Shown here in pieces: positions 57,170 to 64,000 of a stretch of 64,000 nucleotides of DNA; positions within the stretch are counted from its first letter, which is position 1; every line of letters starts with the position of its first letter. The stretch covers positions 101,866,001-101,930,000 of the forward strand of contig OX597819.1 in the NCBI GenBank assembly GCA_951406725.2. The letters are read 5' to 3'. The stretch comes from Octopus vulgaris. Its lineage: Eukaryota. The position numbers and the translations under genes are program-made. A model generated the notes under the pieces. It had not been told where the DNA came from. It searched no databases and worked only from the letters and a program-made list of their open reading frames with translations.

Positions 57170-57416
57170 CATTCGAAACGTAGAGTAGATGAAACCATGG
57201 CGACTGAAGAAGGGTTTTTTTTCCTTGTGTTATTTGTCCTGTACTCTTTTTTTGTTGTTTAAGAAAAATGTCCAGTTCCTTGTGTTTGTGTCTATGTTTT
57301 CGTTTCTCATTGTGTTCGACGTTTTTTTGGTGTCCTGTACTCATATATGCATTTATATATACATGTAGAGGTAGGTACGTACATATATGTACATATATAT
57401 GCATATGTTTTATTTA

Positions 57417-57420
<4 letters not shown>
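57170..57420 (+). mobile_element. Dispersed repeat family E
   Basis: Homologous to the copies at 49825 and 29963. Confidence 0.8.
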
Positions 57421-57467
<47 letters not shown>

Positions 57468-57470
<3 letters not shown>

Positions 57471-57660
57471 GTGTGTACCGTTGGGGACTTTTTTCCTCTG
57501 TCTTCCCTTCTCTGGATCTTTTCTTCTCCTATGTTTCCGACGAAGAGCTCCGCTCGAAACGTTAAACCCTCCTTCTTCCTTTTTTCCTGAGCGTCCAATA
57601 ATACTATATTTGTTCCACGTCCTCGCGTTGTTGTGTTTTTTTATGTTTTCTTGTTTGGAT

Positions 57661-57665
<5 letters not shown>
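57468..57665 (+). mobile_element. Solo Penelope-related 3'-end fragment between two (TA)n tracts, HHR motif at 57533-57567
   Basis: GTTT-CCGACGA-A-GAGC(TCC)GCTC-GAAA-C-GTT-AAAC, then TTCCTGAGCG...TAATAC. Confidence 0.75.
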
Positions 57666-57727
<62 letters not shown>

Positions 57728-58049
57728 TAACCTGAAATCTAGATCACTTAATCCTTAATCTAAACCCCTAACGGTAAATCCTACTTTTATACCTAAACCT
57801 ATAACCAGTTATCCACCTTCGTAGAGTTTGATATAATTTCTAAGAGAAGCACATAACACTTAATGAAATCAACATGCATATTTTTCCTCATGAGGTGTAG
57901 AAGGAAGAGGGCAAACAGCTGTTTTCTGATGGATATATTTAAACTATTGTGTGGTAGAAGGGACTACAATTGAGTGGCTTTCCATTTCTTGGTTAGTTCA
58001 CATTACTCTGTGAAAACACGAGGCCGGTTCTCCGGTTTCTCTGGCATAT

Positions 58050-58131
58050 AACATTCCACCCTAAGTGGAATTGAATCCACAAACTTATGGTCATAAGAGC
58101 AACACCCTAACTACTAAGCCATGCTCCTCCG
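58050..58131 (-). mobile_element. tRNA-derived SINE head fragment
   Basis: Minus strand GGAGGAGCATGGCTTAGTAGTTAGGG...GGATTCAATTCC. Confidence 0.55.
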
Positions 58132-58689
58132 AATGGTAGTTATCAAATTTTGTTAACTATCATTTTAAGCTGAAAATACACACAATATATGAAACACAGC
58201 GTTCCCTGCAGTAAATTTGGTGAAAGGTCAGAAAAATGGTAAATTATAGGTGGATGAATGAATCAAAATTTCAGATTCCCCGGAAGATTAGTGTTTTGGT
58301 GTTGAGATGGAACGTGGATCAATGGGGAGTGACTGTTTTGAAATATCACTCAGAGGGAGTGGACTGCCTCTAACAATAATGGTAACATCTGATATACTTA
58401 CACACACATATATATAGAAAGCTGTGCACATATAGATATATAAAAAGAACTAATGGTAATGTTGTGCAACATCGTAATATTTCTTATAATTATCATTGTT
58501 GATATTATATATTCCACGAAATCTATACGGTTAAGGTGATATATTCAGAATAGCCCAACGGAATATATCTTTAAATACTTATCGTATAAGAATATTATTC
58601 GATTTACAAATTAACTGTTCAATAAGCTATTTTGAATACCTAATTGAGTGAACCGGTAATCCCTAACTACTTACAAATATATATATATA

Positions 58690-59090
58690 TATACAGACAT
58701 ATATGTACGTACCGACATCTACATGTATATATACATGCATATATAAATATATATAAGTACAGGACACCACAAAAAGACGTAAAACTCAACAGAAACGAAA
58801 ACGGAAAAGCCATTTTGTTACAACAGAAAGACAGAGACGTGGAACAGGACGAGAACGAAAATGGGAAAAACATTATTTACAACAGAAAAACAAGGTACAG
58901 GACAATGCTACACAAGGAAAAATCCCCTTCATTAGCTGTCACTAGTAGACTTAGCGTGTTTCGAAGGCAAGACAGGACACGACTCGTCAATACTAGGCCT
59001 TCCTGCGAGAGAATTAAAATAAAATAATCTCGCAGAGGGGTAAAACAAGCGCGAAAGAAATGTAACACAAACGGCACGTAACAATAGGAC
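58690..59090 (-). mobile_element. Dispersed repeat family E, diverged subfamily
   Basis: Parallels 29963-30400 (TACAGGACACC, CAAGGAA...CCCCTTC, GTTTCGAAG, GCAGAGGGGTAAAA). Confidence 0.7.
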
Positions 59091-59352
59091 TATATATACG
59101 TTTATATATTGGTTGTGCAAGGTTTTTTTTATGTGAAGTCGTGTGTTGAAACATATATTGTTATATTCCGGAATGGTCATTTTGGTATTTTCCGATGGCC
59201 AGATAACTGAAGCGATAGCGACGTGGATTTCCAACTCGGAGTTTTATCATGGCTACCGAAAAATTGTCACATATTACTTTTACAGATAAATTCCTCTATT
59301 TACATAATATCGAGGTCTCTTTCATTCTTTTGTTGTCTTACCATTTTTATCA

Positions 59353-59410
<58 letters not shown>

Positions 59411-59562
59411 GTACACGCCCACACACAAGCACAAAAACACACATTTATTATCATTGTCCATAACATGTTTACATTTGTTTCAGCCCAGTGGCCCAAAAAG
59501 CGAAAGAATAGTAAAAAAAAAAGGAAAAGCAGTATGCTGTAATGATGATGATGACCATCAGC

Positions 59563-59607
<45 letters not shown>

Positions 59608-59620
59608 CCACCACCATCAT

Positions 59621-59652
<32 letters not shown>

Positions 59653-59935
59653 GCGTTGTCGTTTGTTATTGATTTCAGGATACTGTTCCTGTTTCTGACG
59701 TTCAGGGTATCGATATATTTTATCTATTGTAATATTAAATATTTTATAGTTGACATACTCACATTTCATATTTATAGATTACAAATTTTGCACACATCCA
59801 TACTCACTCACACAAACTCACCCACATAAGCCCACGCACACGCACATAAACACACACATATACGTATTATATATTATATTTTTATATACATATATATGTA
59901 TTGTGTTGTCTGTATGTGTGTGTGTGTGTGAGCGA

Positions 59936-59970
<35 letters not shown>

Positions 59971-60573
59971 TGTGTGTGTGTAAATCAATACGTTATATGA
60001 TATGACTCCACCTAAAATATTAATATACAAGGCCTTGAAAGGTTTGTGGCTTCTACCATGGAAGTTTTAGAGAGGTAACATATGGACGAGGTTAGTTGCC
60101 AACATATGGACGACGTTAGACAGGCCGAGGGAAGCAGAAAAGACTGTAAAAAGCATTAAAAAGCAGGAAAGTGTGTGACTGGAACATACCAAAATGATAG
60201 AGAGTGAACATTTTGTTGGGAACATCTACCGTAGAGTGTATTTTATAGAATTATACTATCATTTACAGATACCTTCTAAGGTAGACTTAATTATGTTGGT
60301 AAATACAGATGAAGTCCTTTGTTAAATGGTCGTGGTAAAAAAAAAACACAACTAAAAGACAAGCCCTTTGGAACGCATGTACTTGTTACTAGAGGACTGA
60401 AAAACGCGCAAGAAACTGGTCGATGGCATTGGAGTACGTTTGACATGATATAATATCAGTTTATACTAACAAAGATATTCCTGTACGCACACACACACAC
60501 ACACACACACATTCTCTCTTTCTCTCTCTCTCTCTCACATGCAGGGGTGATTGTGTGGGAAGAAGCTTGCTTC

Positions 60574-62243
60574 CGGTTTACCGTGATTCATTTGTTTCGT
60601 TGGATTTGTGTGAGATGGACGTGTTTGATTGGCTGTGCGACGTTTTTACTCTTGTGTGATAGTGGTGCGTCGGGTGAGGAGTTGCGAGGGTTTGAGCTGT
60701 TTTGTTGCAAACGTTGAAAACTACTCGTCAACGGACTGTGTGCCGTCTAAGAAGGAGTTGGTAGAGTGCCACAAGAAGGTGGACAGGGCTATGGAGGATG
60801 GAAGTTATGCTGCAGCGACAGAGGAAAGGTGCAAGGACGTAGGGCTGGAGGATGTGGGCAAATCTAGGGGAAGGCTGAGAAGGGAGGGGAACGAAGTCTT
60901 AAAGAAAACGGCGGAAAGGACGGTAGTTTATAGGACGTACTCGGTGGCAGTTGGAAAAACTGAAAATATGTCTACGGTGCAGATAGAAAAGGCGTTAAAA
61001 CCAGTCTGGTAAGGGATTTCTTACCTTGCCAGATGTAAAAATTTGGAACGATAGAGGTTCATTTCGAAAGGTTAGCTACCGCCAGGTTGCACTCGGCAAC
61101 ACCGCTAAAACCGAATGAGGTGGTTCTTCTGTCCCTATACCTTGGGATACATGCTTAAGGGTTAGGGTGGAGAAAATATCCCCAGAGGTGTATGTAGCCT
61201 AGCTGGTGACTGCTATACTACTTGAGGTGAAGGTGGTGGCCCTATAGGCCATCAGAATACCTCAGAGGAGCTGGAAGGAGCAAACCATTGACATGGTGGT
61301 GCAAATCGCAGAGGAGGACATCGAAAAAATGGTCGTAAGTATCACAGTGGCAGAGACGGTTTTAAAGGTGAGAGTGGAAGGGAGGATTCCGTGATGTTAT
61401 AAATGTGGCCTGAAAGGCCACATTAGAGCGGAATGTCCTCCACCACTAGAAAATGACAAGGAGAGACACAAGAAAAAGTGGTTGGTGCTACACTGCCTGT
61501 AGAGGAAGAAATAAATGAGATGGAACAACAGAAGACAGGTACCAGCGTTGAGGAGGAGGAATCGAACAGCAGCTGGGAAATGGTGGAGAAGAAGAGCAGG
61601 AAGAGGAGGAAGAGGACACACGTGGTGAAGGATGACCCCAACCCACAACCACTTTACCACAACCACCCCCACAGACACTAGCCATCTCCATGCCCCACCT
61701 GACTTGAAGACAAACACAAGCACACAGGAGCCCCAAATTTCCCCACTCTCGCCCTTGATAAAGCATATTATATTGTACAATGGAGAAAACGAAGAAGTGG
61801 ATGACAAAATAGACTTATGGGACAATGCTATAAAAGTGAATGTATCAGGATTGAAGTGGGTAGTGGCAGACCCAGAATATATGTCGGAATTGAAAAACTA
61901 CGAGGTAAATCAAGACTATAACTGGTGTGTCAAGAAACTGGACGCCAGCTCAATGTCGAAACGAGTAAGTTTTCAGGATATTTAAAATATATATAATATA
62001 AAAATTCTTCGGAATGATTGTAATTAGCTGTTTCTAAAAAGAAAAGAAATAAGGCATTATAAACTAGTTGAAAAAAAAAGGGTTGTATTAACAGGATCAA
62101 TGAAGTTGCTCGGAGGTGGGGTTGAACGGTTTCATTTCATCCTTCATTTATAAATTTATTCCTTTCATTCGTTTTGCTTTGTTTTGTTCCCACCTTGTGC
62201 TGTCTTCTCTACGTAAGGCCTTCATGGCCAATTTCATAAAATA
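60574..62243 (+). mobile_element. ORF1-only L1/Tx1-like non-autonomous retroelement with a 14-bp TSD, inserted in a SINE A head
   Basis: TSD AAGAAGCTTGCTTC at 60560-60573 and 62244-62257; A-rich 3' end; broken gag-like ORF1; no RT or endonuclease motifs seen. Confidence 0.8.
60791..61985 (+). pseudogene. Disrupted gag-like ORF1 with a CCHC zinc knuckle
   Basis: MEDGSYAAA at 60791; CYKCGLKGHIRAECP at ~61396-61440; WEMVEKKSRKRRK; stops and frameshifts. Confidence 0.75.
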
Positions 62244-62412
62244 AAGAAGCTTGCTTCTCGACCTCATGGTTCCGCGTTCAGTCCTAGTCCGTGGAACATT
62301 TGGCAAGTGTCTTCTACTATAGCCTCGGCGACCAAATCCTTGTATGTGGATTTAGTAGACGGAAACTGAAAGATGTCCGATGTATGCACACACACATACA
62401 TATAAATATACA

Positions 62413-62457
<45 letters not shown>

Positions 62458-62464
62458 ATATATG

Positions 62465-62499
<35 letters not shown>

Positions 62500-62745
62500 A
62501 CGTATGTGTGTATGTATGTATGTATGTATGTATTATGTATATGTGTATGTATTTTTATGCTGGTGTTTGTCACCCCACCATCGTTGGTGTGTTTTTATGT
62601 CCCCCGTAACATAGCGGTTCGGCAAAAGACACCGATTAGAATGCATACTTAGGCTTACAAAGAATAAATCCTGGGGTTGATTTGTTCGACTAGAGGCAGT
62701 ATTCCAGCATGGTCGCAGTCAAATGACTGAAACATGTAAAAGAAT
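62244..62745 (+). mobile_element. SINE family A (5' ~35 nt displaced to 60540-60573)
   Basis: Continues the head GCAGGGGTGATTGTGTGGGAAGAAGCTTGCTTC; full body and tail present. Confidence 0.88.
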
Positions 62746-63461
62746 ATATATACACATATATGTGTGTATGTGTCTGTGTTTGTGCGCGTGCGTGTGTGTA
62801 TGTATATATGTATGTATTACTCTTTTCCTTATTGCAAACAAATACTGGTAACTGGATTAAGAAAATTCTAAACGGTATTTTATTATGTAATGCGTTACGA
62901 ACGACATGTAACCTATTTTTTCTATTCTTTACACTCTTTCAATTATATTTGCATAATTAGCAATTTTCGTTGCTCAAGTGTAAGTTGTACAGTGGTGGTT
63001 TTCGTATTGAAATTTCTATCAGTTTCAATATGAGACGAAGTGTAAGACATACGCCGGGTGCGAAAATTTGATGATCGAGTATTATCTGCTTTTTTCATAT
63101 GTACAAGTCGTGTACATACTTGATGTTTACGCACTTCGTCTAGCAAGATCTTCTCAGACTGCACAATTCTATCACCATGTACATGTGTGTATGTATATAT
63201 ATATAGGTTCTGACAAATTACTCTTTCTTTGTCAGTTACAATGCTCATGTCGAATGTTATACTTAAGTCTCGCCAATGATTTACAAAGAAATCCACAGAT
63301 GCTGCATTTATTAGGATTATAGGTCACTGCATGTGTTATATTTGCAGCCGTTTTTCTCCTTTACTTTGAAATCTTAACCCTGTTAATGCTGGTTGGAACA
63401 AATTTTTTCATATCATTTTGATGCAACGATCTCCATTTTATATAAGTGTGTGTGAAGTGAT

Positions 63462-63720
63462 GATGCATGGTCTTAAGGTTAGGGCGTTACACACACGATC
63501 GTGAGAGCGTGGTTTCAGTTCCTAGACTGTGATCTTGAGCAGAACGCTTCATCTCACCTTGTTCTGCGATCGCTTCGACACTTAATACGTGGTACTCCGG
63601 GAACCTGTTCGGCCAACGTCAAGAGTGAGCGAATATAGAACACATACATTTGATCGCTATAAACAGATCATTTACGCAGTTCGACAAAAATGCTAAACAC
63701 CCATACACCGCAATCGATTT
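63462..63720 (+). mobile_element. Degenerate tRNA-headed SINE (CORE-like)
   Basis: GCATGGTCTTAAGGTTAGGGCG...GGTTTCAGTTCC...TGTGATCTTGAGCAGAACGCTT. Confidence 0.5.
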
Positions 63721-64000
63721 AAGAGTCCATTGTGTGTGTGTGTGTGTGTGTGTGTGTATTGTTCGCTAGAGTCTTCTGTCACATTCTTTGGCATGATCAC
63801 TTTGGCAAGCATACTTTCGGTAAAATAAGCAATAATTTGTACAATATAATTTTCGTTTTTCTTTCTTTGAAGGTTATGTTATACCTTAACGGTTAAGTCC
63901 TTAATGATTTTAACGGTTTAAAACGAACTTTTATCAGCCGCATATCAGATACTGCACGCTGTACGAATTGAAAAAGAGCTCAGCAATAACAGCGAAAAAA

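Noticed and set aside
57172-57215. Possible type II hammerhead in family E (GAAAC...CTGAAGA)
   Set aside because: Stem I/III pairing is not consistent among the copies
57727-57806. Telomere-like CCCTAA/CCTAAA motifs
   Set aside because: Too few and too degenerate to call an interstitial telomeric repeat

Overview
AT-rich eukaryotic (metazoan) non-coding DNA, very probably cephalopod/Octopus (an inference from the SINE families and the extreme (TA)n/(CA)n/(GATA)n microsatellite load). No host protein-coding gene can be supported, and nearly all ORF-track entries are microsatellite artefacts. The window is a mosaic of mobile elements: at least four tRNA-headed SINE families, a 5'-truncated Penelope-like (Neptune-type) retroelement with an open RT + GIY-YIG frame, CR1-, RTE- and R4/Dong-like LINE relics, mariner and Tigger-like DNA elements, an ORF1-only L1/Tx1-like element inserted in a SINE head with a 14-bp TSD, and a 5S rRNA copy joined to a SINE 3' tail. 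The main hidden signal is a set of type I hammerhead ribozyme (HHR) motifs in several unrelated repeat families. One is fully intact (427-533) and sits in a 485-bp tandem repeat, which is retrozyme/circRNA-like. One lies at the 3' end of the Penelope element and recurs in three dispersed relatives with covarying stems. Two more occur in other repeats next to (TA)n tracts, and a degenerate one is embedded in a tRNA-headed SINE.
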